Source: Marsupella aquatica
Lineage: Eukaryota > Plantae > Marchantiophyta
Assembly (NCBI GenBank): GCA_973895155.1
Contig: OZ316891.1
Location: 2,285,324 to 2,349,323 of the forward strand
Direction of reading: 5' to 3'
Length of the DNA: 64,000 bases
Shown here: piece by piece, positions 1 through 12,000 of the stretch
Position numbering within the stretch: the stretch's first letter is position 1
How the letters are laid out: each line of letters begins with the position of its first letter
Translations under genes and position numbers: made by a program
The notes under the pieces: model-generated
Database searches by the model: none
Told to the model about the DNA's origin: nothing
Seen by the model: only the letters and a program-made list of their open reading frames with translations

Positions 1-302
1 TCGGCAGGCTCTCAAGTCAGGCTCTCATTGTCATCTACAGAGTTCGGCAGGCTCTCAAGTCAGCAGTAGTAGTAGTAGTAGTACTCCTACTACGCACATA
101 ACGTGTTCCATAAAACCAGCTTTCAATACTCCTTCAACAAATTGCTGATTGTTGTCGCGTAACACGTAAGTCCTGAGATTCAACTATAGTCTAACAAACC
201 GCGGATTGTTATCATATAATCCAACTTTGCTGGATATCACAGATATATCTCACAGATATGAAAGACTTCATTCAAGAATGTTTCAATGACACACCGGTTA
301 CC

Positions 303-370
303 TTCTGGTAGAGCAGAATCAGATACACTGCAGGTGTTCTGGTAGAGCAGAATCAGATACACTGCAGGTG
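303..370. repeat. Perfect tandem duplication, 2 x 34 bp
   Basis: TTCTGGTAGAGCAGAATCAGATACACTGCAGGTG at 303-336 and 337-370. Confidence 0.95.
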
Positions 371-2158
371 CGGGAAGCTTTCAAAAGACCATGGCTGCCT
401 CCAGGGGTTCGCAAGAGAACGAAGCCCCATATAATCATCAGGGAGACGATCACAGGGGAATTTACCTTCTGGTGTACCTTATACACAACAAACCACGAGG
501 GTTTGGAACAAGCTGGACTTCTTGAACCACCAGATCTCAGGCAGCAGCAGTAGTAGTAGTGGCTAGTAGTACTTCGGCAGGCTGCTCATCAATGAATTTG
601 TTTGAGACTTCAAGCTTTCCAAGCGAGCTCACTCGATGGGCAGCTGGGATCAGCTTAGCAGCTATTGCGAGCGAGTGATCAGTGATGAATTGTGCTTCCA
701 TGAATCATCATCAACTTACTTGGGCAACTGCATCAGTGATGAATAAGTGAGTGAGTGAGTGAGTATTTGCGAGGCTGTTAAATTAACGGTTCTATGGACT
801 CTCTACCTATCGTTATCTCCATAGATATGCCGTATCCATGCACTATGGAGGACAATACACGGTTACGGTCCATTTTGGTTGTAAAAATACTAGACTAACT
901 AGGCTGGCAGACTGTAGACTACTGTACCGACAGTGTCTCCCTATTGTCTCCCTTATTGCCCCCGGTTTATTTATGGGCATTGTTCTAGAGCTATTGCATG
1001 TTAGTTGGATTGCTGTAGTAGATATTTTACAATATCTTTGTCATTGCCTCGCAGGATTTTGTAACCTAGAAGGAGAGCTGCTATCTAGAGGACGGGTGCT
1101 TGCTCTGAGATTCTCGCTTGTGGCAAGTTCCCATTGCATCAGTTGATTAAGTAATTGAATTCTTGCTCAAGTTTTTTCTAGAAGGGGTTGCCTTAGTTTA
1201 CGTGTGTACTAAAATGTAACTTGCATCTAATGCTTCTAGAATCTCTCTACATGACTTTTTAATATCTTTTCTTTGATGTTGTTCATGTGGTCAGCAGTTG
1301 CTATGCAGTAAAATTTGGTTGGGTGTTCAACAGAGTACTTGGAGCAGGGCCAGAGAGGTTAGTGGTCACCTATTAATCTCCATTTTTTTGCTACCTCATT
1401 TTTCTTCCTTGCATTTTGAACTTGAGTATGGGCTTTAACGACAGGGTATGTTGGCATTTGGCAAATTATGGTAAGAGTAGATAGATATGTTCTTTATGTT
1501 TTCCTTTCAGTTTTGTCTTTCTGCTATTGCAAGTGTGGGTTTGCAGGTTTCTTGAATTCAAGTGAGACCCCAGGGAAGTAATGTCCCTGGTGGAGACTAC
1601 TGGATTTTATCACCAGTTGTCTAGCGCTCCTTGAAGGAGAGGCAGGTTGCCTGGGAGAGGGGGGGCCTTGGATTTGATCACCAATGGCAATGAGAGTTAG
1701 AGCCAGTCATATAGTTTGGGTGGTCCAAGGTGTATGCTCTAAGTCAGAACTTTTTGAGTGAGTCAATGAATTAATTTACAGGGCACACCATGTTGGAGGA
1801 GGTGGAGGGCCTGGCCCCGACTGCACATGTCTAGCAGAATTGGACATTTGCAAATCCCATACCTTTTTGTGCTTACATTGAAGCAGGAGTCCTTGTTAGC
1901 AAAGGGTACGTCCCTTCCCACCCGACTATAGTCGGAGAAAGCTGCATGGATCTTACCAGCCAATCACTAGGAGAAATGGCCGGGATGGGGCAAGGCTCTC
2001 TTGGGATTGGTCCTGTGAATATGGTCTTCAAATCATTGGGTTCTCTTTAGGTCTGTGTTTATAGAAAACATTCTTTTTCAATGGAAAGCCTATCCCATGA
2101 AACAATTTCAGGATGATGTTGATTGTTTTTTTTGTGAAATTTTTGCAGACTTGACTAA

Positions 2159-5100
2159 ATGCCCTCAGCAACTGTTTTTCAATTGGACAATGTGTCTGTG
2201 GATCCTAAACCTGTAGGACCATTAGTTACAAGATTGATGACACATTTGCCGATGCCAGATTGAAGCTAGAGACTTTGTGTCTCTTTAAATTTGAGTTTCA
2301 ATTTTACGATATGAATCTCAATAGTCGAATGGAGGTGGAATGGGAAAAAGCCCATATCATAGATGAATGTGGGAAAAAAATCATTGTTATTCCCAAATAT
2401 GAATTTGAGGATGGAGGTGAAGATCAACCTCTCTTAGACAGCAAAGCTTCCAATGGTCTCTCACCCACTTTCAGCATGTCGGTGGACATTGAAACCCTAG
2501 AGGTAGAGACTGATCCTCAAGCAAGTTTCAAGTCTTTATGTATAACAAAAGATCTTGCCAAGGTCTGGCAATCACAAGTGGAGAAATTGGGGGATCACAT
2601 GAAACTCATTCAATGTGAGGATCATCAATGGAAGGTGAACACATGGGACATTGAGAATGTGGCATGTGGGAAGATAGAATGTTGTGAATGTGATGTTCGT
2701 GTGGAAGGTGCCTCAAAGTCAGGTAGCATGGACAGAGCCAGCATTACTAATGCTTTCACCAACTTCAAGAACAAGCATTTGATCACACCCAAGCATACCA
2801 GGAATGTTGCCAAAAACAGAGGTCAAAGATTGGACTCTGTAGAGATAAGTCGTCGAGCTGCAGCATCTGTCTTGAGTGATAAAGCCACTCTTGAACAACA
2901 TGTTCAAATAGTGGAATCTGTGAATGATTCACAGTCTGTTGGACAGAAAACTTTCAAAATTGTTGGTGATATCAATAGAGAGCCAGTGGAGTTGCACAAG
3001 TTCAAACTATTCTGCATTTTCTGCTGCGAACATATGGTGATGATACCCAAACAACGGAATCTGGAGGCCAATCTCCAGGCTCACTGTGTGGGAGTCAATC
3101 ATTTAAATGCAGTGTCTAAAAGCCAAAGAGTGAGTAGCAATATTCCTATTCTCTCAGGCTGTACAGGACGACCACGTCAGGCTGATAAAAGGGATAAACG
3201 TCAAAAAACCATTCAGGGGTTTCTAACTGTCAAGGAGAGTCAACGGGGCTCTAGTAGTGCCTCTGGCCTATCATCGTCCGATAAAGGCAAAGGTAATAAT
3301 GATGACCTCTCCTTGTTGTGTTGGGGACTATGGCAAAGTGAGTGGGTATATGGCAACCAGTCCAGGCATATCAAGAATATCCTTAAAGATCAACATAAAG
3401 AAGACTGTCTATGGTATTCAGAGCCCCTAGTGAAGGCTAAAGTGTGGTGTGAGGAGATCGATGAAATTTGTGTCATTGAAGGTCTCTTCAGACATAAATC
3501 GTGTACCAGAATATCAAGGCTTGGTGGTGGGTTTATACAGTTGACTTGTGACCATTGTTTCACCATACCTAGTCTAACAGACTTTAGATTACGGGTGTTC
3601 AGAGAGGTAACTGCAGTTGAGAAAAGAGGTCAAAGAGGGACAGGTCAAGGTAGGCGGATAGATTACCTTCAACTGAGGAGGTCCAAGAGCAAGCAAAGAA
3701 ATATCGTAGAATTATCAGGAAGGAGAGAAAACTAGCAAGGTGGTTTCAACACCGTTTGCTGATGCTCACAGCTAAAGAACCATCTTTGAAAGAGATATGT
3801 AAGGAGGCAATTAACAGGAAGGACATAATGAAATTCTGTAATTCCATTGTTCAAGCACACAAGAAAGGGGCTTTTGGAGGTAGGCAAGCATTATGGGATA
3901 TGCTTCAAGATGTTGCTTCTAACTTGAATCGAAGCAAGGCAGGCCACTGATGGAGGAAAGGAACAAAGCTCCTATGCCAAGCACTGTTTCTACATGGTGG
4001 CAGACGGGTAGTAGACTGTCTCCAGACAAATTGTTTGGGTCCTAGTTTGAACACTCTACAAAGAGACAAGTGTGGCATGTTTGTCTTCCGTGCTGGCATG
4101 CATGCCTCACAATTCAAGTTCATTGCTCAGGTTTACTCAAAACTGAAGAGTCGACTTGGAATATGTGGGCCTATTCCTTGCTATCTGGCAGAGGATGAAA
4201 CCTGTGTGAAAAAGACAGTGAGGTGGCAGCCTAAGGATGATACACTTATTGGGTTTTGTGGGAAAAAAGACAATCATACTTGTAGTGTTGGCCTGGCAAT
4301 AAAAGTGGGTGAGGGTGAAACTGGTTTCAATAACATTACAGAGGCCTTTGACACTAATGTTGTAGGGCACCAAGCTAGGTGCATTATGGTAAATCCTTTG
4401 TGTGACAAGTTTCCTCGTCTGTGTGCCATGGGCACTGGTACATGTGATCAATTTACTGCTGATTATGTCAGGGAACAATGGATTGAATTGCAGTCAATGT
4501 GGGCCACCCATTGCTTGGAGGCTGTTGGACCTCTGTTGGGCCATGCTAGTGATGGGGACTCAAGAAGAAGGAAATTAATGATAGAAGACTACACTGGGAG
4601 AGGAGTTCCAGGCCCTAGACAAAATCTTAGGTGGGAAGGATGGTTACTAACCCACTCCATGATCACTGTTGGAGCAATCTCTCATGCTTATGGGCTCCAT
4701 GATCAAGATTTTATTCACAATGGAAAGAAATTTATAAATCCATTGGATTCAATCAAGAGAGTGATGAAGTTAGGGGCAGAAGTGGCTGCTTTTAGTCACA
4801 TAAACCATGTGTATGAATTGTATGATGTCAAAGATCATGCAATGAATCATGAGGATGTTCTAAGGTCAGATAGGCAAAACTAGTGCCCAACGACTTTGTA
4901 GTCGAAAACTCATCAATACACTCTTCATGTTACGAAATCGACCAGATGTCAGACAAGAGACGACTCTTGGCTCAGAACTTTATTTGGGAATATGTGCTGA
5001 TTATGTTGACATTTTCCTGAATACAAGCTTGAGCTTGAGGCAGAGGATTATTTTGTGTGGCAAAATGGGGTTCTTTTTCAGACTCTAGCGAATGTGGTGT

Positions 5101-6600
5101 TTTCATGGGAATCACTCTGTAGGTGGTAATACACAGCCAATAAGTTTCAAGCAAAATTGCATCCCTATGCAAACATTTCTTGACATTCAAATGTCTGTGC
5201 ATTTTGTGCCACTTTTGATTATTCAATTCAGAGACCACTTTCCTGAGTTGCCTGTGCCTCTACATCTGACTGGATCAGATAGTTGTGAACAATTTTTTTC
5301 AAAAGTGGGAGGCATGAATGGTCATGAACAAAGTTATGACCTGACTGAGTTGGTTGATTGTGCAACCTCTTTGAACCGGTTGGCAGCAATGGACCTGAGT
5401 GAAGGAATAGTGGGAGCTGGTCACAGTCACAAAAAACACAGAAATATTTAGATGAAACTCCACCCAGTACCACATGGGTCTCCAAGAAAATTTAGTCAAA
5501 CAGACTATACAGGGATTGAAACTAATACAGATATCGTGAGGGTTTTGCAAGAAGGTTTTTTATTAGCCAAAGATGTTGCTACTCAGGCCCAGATGAACCC
5601 TTCCACATCTGCTAGAAACACTATATGGTGGGATTCACCATGGGAAATTGAGGCAAAAGGTGCACACCATGGAGGATGGTGTGATATAAATGTGGAATCC
5701 TTGGAGGTGGATGAGGATGCAACATTGGTGGATAGACCTAACCCCAGACAAATAGCAAATATACAACTTATTCCAGAAGGTCCATTTATAGTAGCTGGAT
5801 CCTCCACTATAGCAGCTGAAGAGGCAAATTCAGCCCTCCATGATGGGATGCTTGAAGATGGGGTGCCTGATGTACACATAGCTCGAGATAGTTGTTATGC
5901 TGTAATGTCTGATATACACATAGATTTGGTGTATGGTGAGTCTGGTGTCACAATTGTTCCCACTGTGAGTTTTGAGGGTCGAATAATGTATAAGAGTACT
6001 TTAGTTAGTCAAATGGTAGGGAACCCTCATCTTAGCAAGGACCGTTTGACACGGGTGAAGCAAAGTCTTTACTTCAACAATTTGGTAGATAAACCAAAAG
6101 TACGAGTGGGTGCTCCAACTATGATGATGAGTGTCGGCAGTGACTGTGGAGTATTTTTTGTGGATGAGACAGCACAGGGAAGAGTGACGAGAAGCACTGA
6201 GACCACACAAAATGGGAGACAGAAGCGAAGGAGGCCTAGTGGTTTTCCAGTTCCAGTTGTGTCAATAACCAACAGTCCGAAATATGTTTGGTGGATAGGA
6301 AGAGCTCAAACTATTCAACGGAAATATGGAAACACAAGTGGAAGATCACGAGAACCAGTGGACTTGCTTGATAGGCCTGGTCCAGAAGTTGCATGCAAAG
6401 TGTTCTTTAATTGGTTTACTCCAATTGGTAACAATAAGGAGAAATTTAGGTACTCTGTGTGTGATCCTCAATGGATTGATTTAGACTGTGTGATATCAAC
6501 AGTCACTCTTGAAGTCAATCCTTTGCATCCAAAAGTATTCAAATTGCATCCAGATGATGGAATTGCATTGGAAAACTTTGTAAAGAGCAAAATTGATTGA
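2159..6600 (+). pseudogene. P-element-superfamily (THAP9/P-like) DDE transposase, disrupted; about 1480 codons when reconstructed
   Basis: ORFs 2260-3735, 3756-3950, 4035-4883, 5092-5451 and 5452-6600 join into one reading path. Lesions: frameshifts near 2219, 3670 and 4882; in-frame stops at 3948 (TGA), 5086 (TAG) and 5449 (TAG). Motifs occur in P-transposase order: LHGGRRVVDCL..GPSLNTLQR (cf. LHTAGPRAY..LPSRTTLYRW), YLAEDET (D at 4194), HASDGDS (D at 4551), QDFIHNGKKFIN (DxxHxxKxxN), DRQN..SAQRL, GSDSCEQFFS (E at 5287; cf. NQDIVEHFFS). The probable ATG at 2159 follows a TTTTGCAG acceptor. Confidence 0.8.
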
Positions 6601-7415
6601 ATGTGATATTTGGTAAGTAAATTTTCAAATGGATTTGTTATTTTATTGTAGAAAATTGTGTCTAGGTTTAGAATCTGGTTTTGAATATTATCTAATGTTC
6701 AGTTTCTAAGCAAACGTGAGTCATTCCATGAAATGTTAATGAATATGTGGTTTATTGTTGTTCAGGCCCAAAACTGTTTTGACCAGTTGCAGCATTATGG
6801 TATTTTCTAGAAGATTATATTTTCTAGAGGATCAAGTAAGAAATGTATGGCCACACTTGGCCCCCTAAGGAAGAGGAGGTCAAGTCGACAAAGGTGTTTA
6901 AGCATGTTACTTCCGATGAAGTATATCAAACATGATATCTGAGAGAGTGCTTTAAACCATAGTTATTTACATGCTTTAGTGAAAATTATCATTTTAGTGA
7001 AAAGTGATTAAATATAAATTTTGGGTAGGTTTAGATTTACAGGAACTATAGGACTAAGTATGTCAAATGTTGTATTCTTACAATTTTCATAGATGATAGT
7101 GTTCCAACTATAAGCTTTACTTGCATGATCTTTGACTCTTATGTGCCTCCTTATTTTCCTGAGGAAATGCATGTGTACGAGGAAATGTGTACATAAAGTA
7201 TATGTTATTCTCAGAATGATATATGTATATTTTAGTTTTTCCAATTCATAAGCTCTTTGACATATTTTTTTTATAATACGTGAAGGGCATATTTAATGAT
7301 ATTTTGGTGATGATTATAATAGCCCAAAGGGCTTTATTAATGGTCCAAAAATAATTTATTAATATTAACAAGAGTTTTTTAAAAGGACAAAAAATAGTAC
7401 TGAAGGGTTTTGGAG

Positions 7416-7529
7416 AGGGGGTCGTTCACAAGTGGGTTTCATTAATATACACACAGTGAGGGCCCAGGGTTTGATTCAAAAAGAGCTTACACACATAATC
7501 CCCCAAAAGTGGGGTTCAGACGCTTCTAG
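7416..7529 (+). repeat. tRNA-like A/B-box head followed by a short hairpin and CTAG (Helitron-like 3' terminus or SINE-like module)
   Basis: GGGGGTCGTTCACAAGTGG ... GGCCCAGGGTTTGATTC, then hairpin AATCCCCC-AAAA-GTGGGGTT (7497-7516) and CTAG (7526-7529) followed by T. A related module lies at 48446-48560. Confidence 0.4.
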
Positions 7530-8513
7530 TAACACACACTCTTTTTGATTCTAGATGGGAACTGGCTGTTCCGGTTTCCGGTCAATAATCACTACAATCC
7601 AAAGGAGCTACAGAACAGTCTTAAATACTGAACACACTCGTAGAAGTGAATTCCCATACCCTCCCATAAGTACAAGATAGTGGATGAGACAAAGTGGAGC
7701 AAAGGAAGGTGAAAGTAAAGATAATAAAAAGGCACTAAGAGGGGAAAAGGAGGAGAAAAGGGACACCCTTGCTTTTCATTGAGGTTTTTTTAGGGGGAGT
7801 AGGGGGAGGGGAGAAGGGAGAGGCAACCCAAGAGAAAGGGCGGTGAGGAGACAATGAGAAGGAGGGGGGATGTCCCAATCCACCTACAGTATGGTTGTCT
7901 AAATGTGCCTACTTCTGTTGTCCTTGCCTATCATTCTCCCTCTGTCATCACTTTTGCAATAATATCTTTTTGACATCTTTTCTCCTCAGTCAACATGGTT
8001 TTCTTGCTTTAACATTTTTTAATCAGCTGAATTGATAGCTTTTCTCCCCTAGACTTCTTTTGCACTCCTCAACACCATTTTGTTATTGATGGGAGGCGAT
8101 GTGTTTTCAATTGGTCCCAAATTGGTAGTGTCACAGGCTAAATCATGTGATAGCGCCATCAATGTGGAAAGTTCTTTGGAAAGATTGCAAGAATAGTTTG
8201 TTCAGAGGAAAGTTCACACTGTATGTGACCTGGGCATTATTCAATGATCAATAAAAATCAATGTTCCAAGGATGCACAAAAAGCCAATCATTGATTCAAA
8301 GTAGTTTTCTTGCAGGACAAGTACAACTCCGCTAGACCCTTGAGGCCCTAGCCACTTAAGCTCCATCACAAAATATACACAAATATCATTATTTCCCACT
8401 AAGGGTTCAACCCACTCCCTAGCAAGTAGTGACCCATCATAATGTAGGAGTGTTAGGCTAGTTGCCTATGTCCATGGCCGGATAGGGGCTTTGAACAAAT
8501 TTAAAGCCCAATG

Positions 8514-8837
8514 TGTGGGGAGAAATCATATCAAGAAAAACACTCTGAACATACACGTGCTCAATAGTTACGTGGTTTGCCTCAAGGTTGGCTACGTCCA
8601 CGGGAAGACCAAACTTTATTAACGGTTATGTGTCTACTCAAGCATCACCATAACTCTCATCTCTTCAAGCTCTCATCTCTTGCTATATCACTGTGTTCTC
8701 TCTTGAGAACTCTCTTGTGTGTTCTCACACCACATACAAGTTGAAGAGATAAGGACCAATCTCTTCAACTAGGGTTTACTCTAACCCTAGTTAACATACT
8801 AACCATAGTTCAACCCAAGACTGAGTTAACCTCTACA
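8514..8837 (-). repeat. 3' LTR (324 bp)
   Basis: Direct repeat of 14234-14556. Manual alignment gives 12 substitutions (9 transitions) and 1 indel, about 4% divergence. Confidence 0.97.
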
Positions 8838-8850
8838 AACTCCCCCTTGA
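8838..8850 (-). other. Polypurine tract
   Basis: Minus strand TCAAGGGGGAGTT immediately upstream of the 3' LTR. Confidence 0.9.
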
Positions 8851-9031
8851 CTCACGTCTTGGGAGGGTTCATAACATTGTCTTTTCCTTACAAGTTCCTC
8901 CGCGGGAATTTCAAGACAGTAGGGCCAAAAGACCCTCCCCCTAATGCAAGGGTTAACTAGAACTAAGCCGTAGCCGATAAGCCATCGGATGGAGTACTCA
9001 TATAGAGGCATTTTCTTGGTTAACTCTATAT

Positions 9032-12000
9032 TTACAATATTTGTAAATAATTACAATGCCTTGAAAAACTATTGGAGTCTAATACTTTGGTAAAAGCATC
9101 CGCTGGATTAAGCTTGCCATCAATCTTGACAAGCTCAAACTCATCATCCGATAATGTCTGTCGGATGAAATAATAGCAGACATCAATGTGCTTTACCCTG
9201 CCATTCATCACCTGATTCTTGGCAGTGTAAATTGCACTTTGACTATCACAATGAAGATAGACACAATCTTGTGATAAGCCCATCTCTGTGACAAGCTTTT
9301 TCAACCAAATGGTCTCTAATGTTGCTTCTGCTGCCGCTACATACTCGGCATCCATAGTAGACTTTGCAACACACTTTTGGAGAGTAGACTTTCAACTAAT
9401 GCATCCACCAGCAAGTGTAAATACATATCCAGTTGTCGATCTCCTCTTATCCAGATCACCTGCGTAGTCTGCATCCACATAACCTTGAAGCACTTTCATA
9501 TTGTTTGAACTTGCATCAAACAATAAACCCTTCTTAGTGGAACCTCTAATGTAGCGCAAAATCCATTTCACTGCTTCCCAATGAACTTTTCCTGGATTTG
9601 CCATGTATCTGCTTACCTTGCTAACGGCATAAGCTATGTCTGGTCGGGTGCATACCATGAGATATTAAACTACCCACAGCACTTTCATAAGGAACTTTGG
9701 ACATCAAACTTTTTTCTGTCGCATCTGATGGACAAAATGCTGCAGAAATATTGAAATGTCTTGCCAAAGGAACACTCACAGCCTTAGCATCTGCCATGTT
9801 GAATTTTGAGAGTACCGTCTCTGCATATCTTTTCTGCGTCAGCCAAAGTTTGGCTTTGTTACATCCCTGACAATCTCCATGCCTAGGATCCTCTTGGCTG
9901 TGCCCAAATCCTTCATCTTAAACTCAGAACTGAGTTGGGCCTTAAGCTTATCAACTTTGCCCCTATACTGTGCTGCAATGAGCATGTCATCCACATAAAG
10001 TACAAGGATGACAAGCTTAAAACCTGTGTTGTTCACACGCCTGATGTAAACACATGGATCATACACGCTTCGCACAAATCCAAGCGATTTCAAAAATTCA
10101 TCAAAATGCTTATTCCACTGCCTTGGCCTCTACTTTAATCCATATAAGGATTTTAGCAACCTGCATACCAAATTTTCCTTGCCCTTTTGCATAAAACGCT
10201 CTGGTTGCCTCATGTAAATCACCTCATCCAACGATCCATATAAGAATGTCGTGATAACATCCATTTGATCTAAAACCAGATCAAATAAAACTACAAGAGC
10301 ACATGTAGCAAACGTATCGTTGAATACTTTGCTACGGGTGAAAAAACCTCATTGAAGTCTATACCTTTCTGTTGAGTAAAACCCTTGGCTACCAACCGAG
10401 CCTTAAATATCTTCTCAGCATCCTCCATGGGTCCATCTTTCTTCCTATACACCCACTTGCTGTCAACAACCTGCTTGTCACTAGGTAGACTTGTGAGTTC
10501 CCAAGTCTTGTTATCATGAAGTAATTTCATTTCCATGCGCATCGCCGCCTGCCACTGTTGCTTCTCCATAGAAGCTAGGACCTCTTGAAATGAGGATGGA
10601 TCTCCATCTTCTGTCACCAATGCATCAATAGATTCTTCATCCAAATCCACTTGATCAGAAGGAAGCCAAGTTCCATACCTTTCCCGGGCTTGACGTTTAC
10701 AAGTTCCTCTTCGCACTGAAGACTCTGGCTGATCTGATTGTAGTGTGCTTTGTCTTACAGTAGTGTCAATATATTCTTCATTTGACACATCCTCTTCTCT
10801 TAAATCCTCTAGAGGAGGAGATTGCACTTTGTTAGTAGTAGGAAATTGATCTATCTCCCCCTCCTTCAATGATTTGTCTTCATTGAAGGATACATCCCGA
10901 CTAACAAGTAACTTGCAATCAACTGGATCCCACAATCAATATCCTTTAACGTCACGCTGATAACCAAGAAAAATGCATTTCTAGGCTCGAGGATCTAGCT
11001 TAGTCCTATTGTTGCTAGGAACATGTGCATATGCTTCACAACCAAAAACTCTAAACTTTGAATAATCAGCAGGTCGATAGTGCCATAGCTCAAAGGGGGT
11101 TTTGTAAGTAATTGCCCGACTAGGAGAGAGATTTACTAGATAAGCAGCTATGTTGACAGTTTCCGCCCAAAAGATTTATAGCAATTTAGAGTGGTTCAAC
11201 ATGCTCCTTGCTCGCTCCAACAATGTGCGGTTGAGTCCCTCAGCAACACCATTTTGCTCAGGAGTGTACACAGTTGTGAGATGGTGAGTAATTCCCTTAT
11301 TTACACAATACGTGTTGAATTCGCCAGAGGTGTATTCACCACCATTATCAGATCATATATATCTCACATTCTTTGCAGTCTGTGTCTCAACTTGAGCTAC
11401 CCATTGTTTGAAGATGGAAAGTACTTCAAACTTATGGGCAATGAAATAAATCCAAACAAACCTTGAGTAATCGTCGATAAATGATACATAGTATTGTTTG
11501 CCTGAATGTGAGGAAACCGGAGCAAGACCCCACACATCGGAATGAATATACTCAAGTACAATTTTAGAATGATGAATGGCAGTCGGAAATGGAGTTCTTG
11601 TTTTCTTGCCGACAATGCAATGATCACAAAAACTCAACTTGCATGCTTGCAATCCTAGTAGGAGATGTCGCTTGTGTAGGATTTCCAAACTTTTTTCACT
11701 CATGTGACCAAGCCGAGCATGCCATAAATTGATTTTCTCCTCCTAAGATGTGACCAAATTGACTTCGGCAAGAAGGGTGGTGCCTTCCAAGACATAGATG
11801 GTTCTTTTTCTCTTGCCAATAAGAACTTCATTTGATCCGTGCGTGACTGTTAACACCCCATCAGTTGCACTCCATTGATAACCCTTCGCATCCAAGTAGC
11901 CAAGAAAAATCAAATTCTTACACATTTCTGGAATGTGTCTGACATTTGATAGAGTACAGTACTTGCCATTGGGTAGTTGAATCTTTACGGATCCAATCCC

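Noticed and set aside
2625-6272. Minus-strand ORFs overlapping the transposase, and plus-strand ORFs overlapping the Copia pol
   Set aside because: Antisense shadows of real coding sequence.
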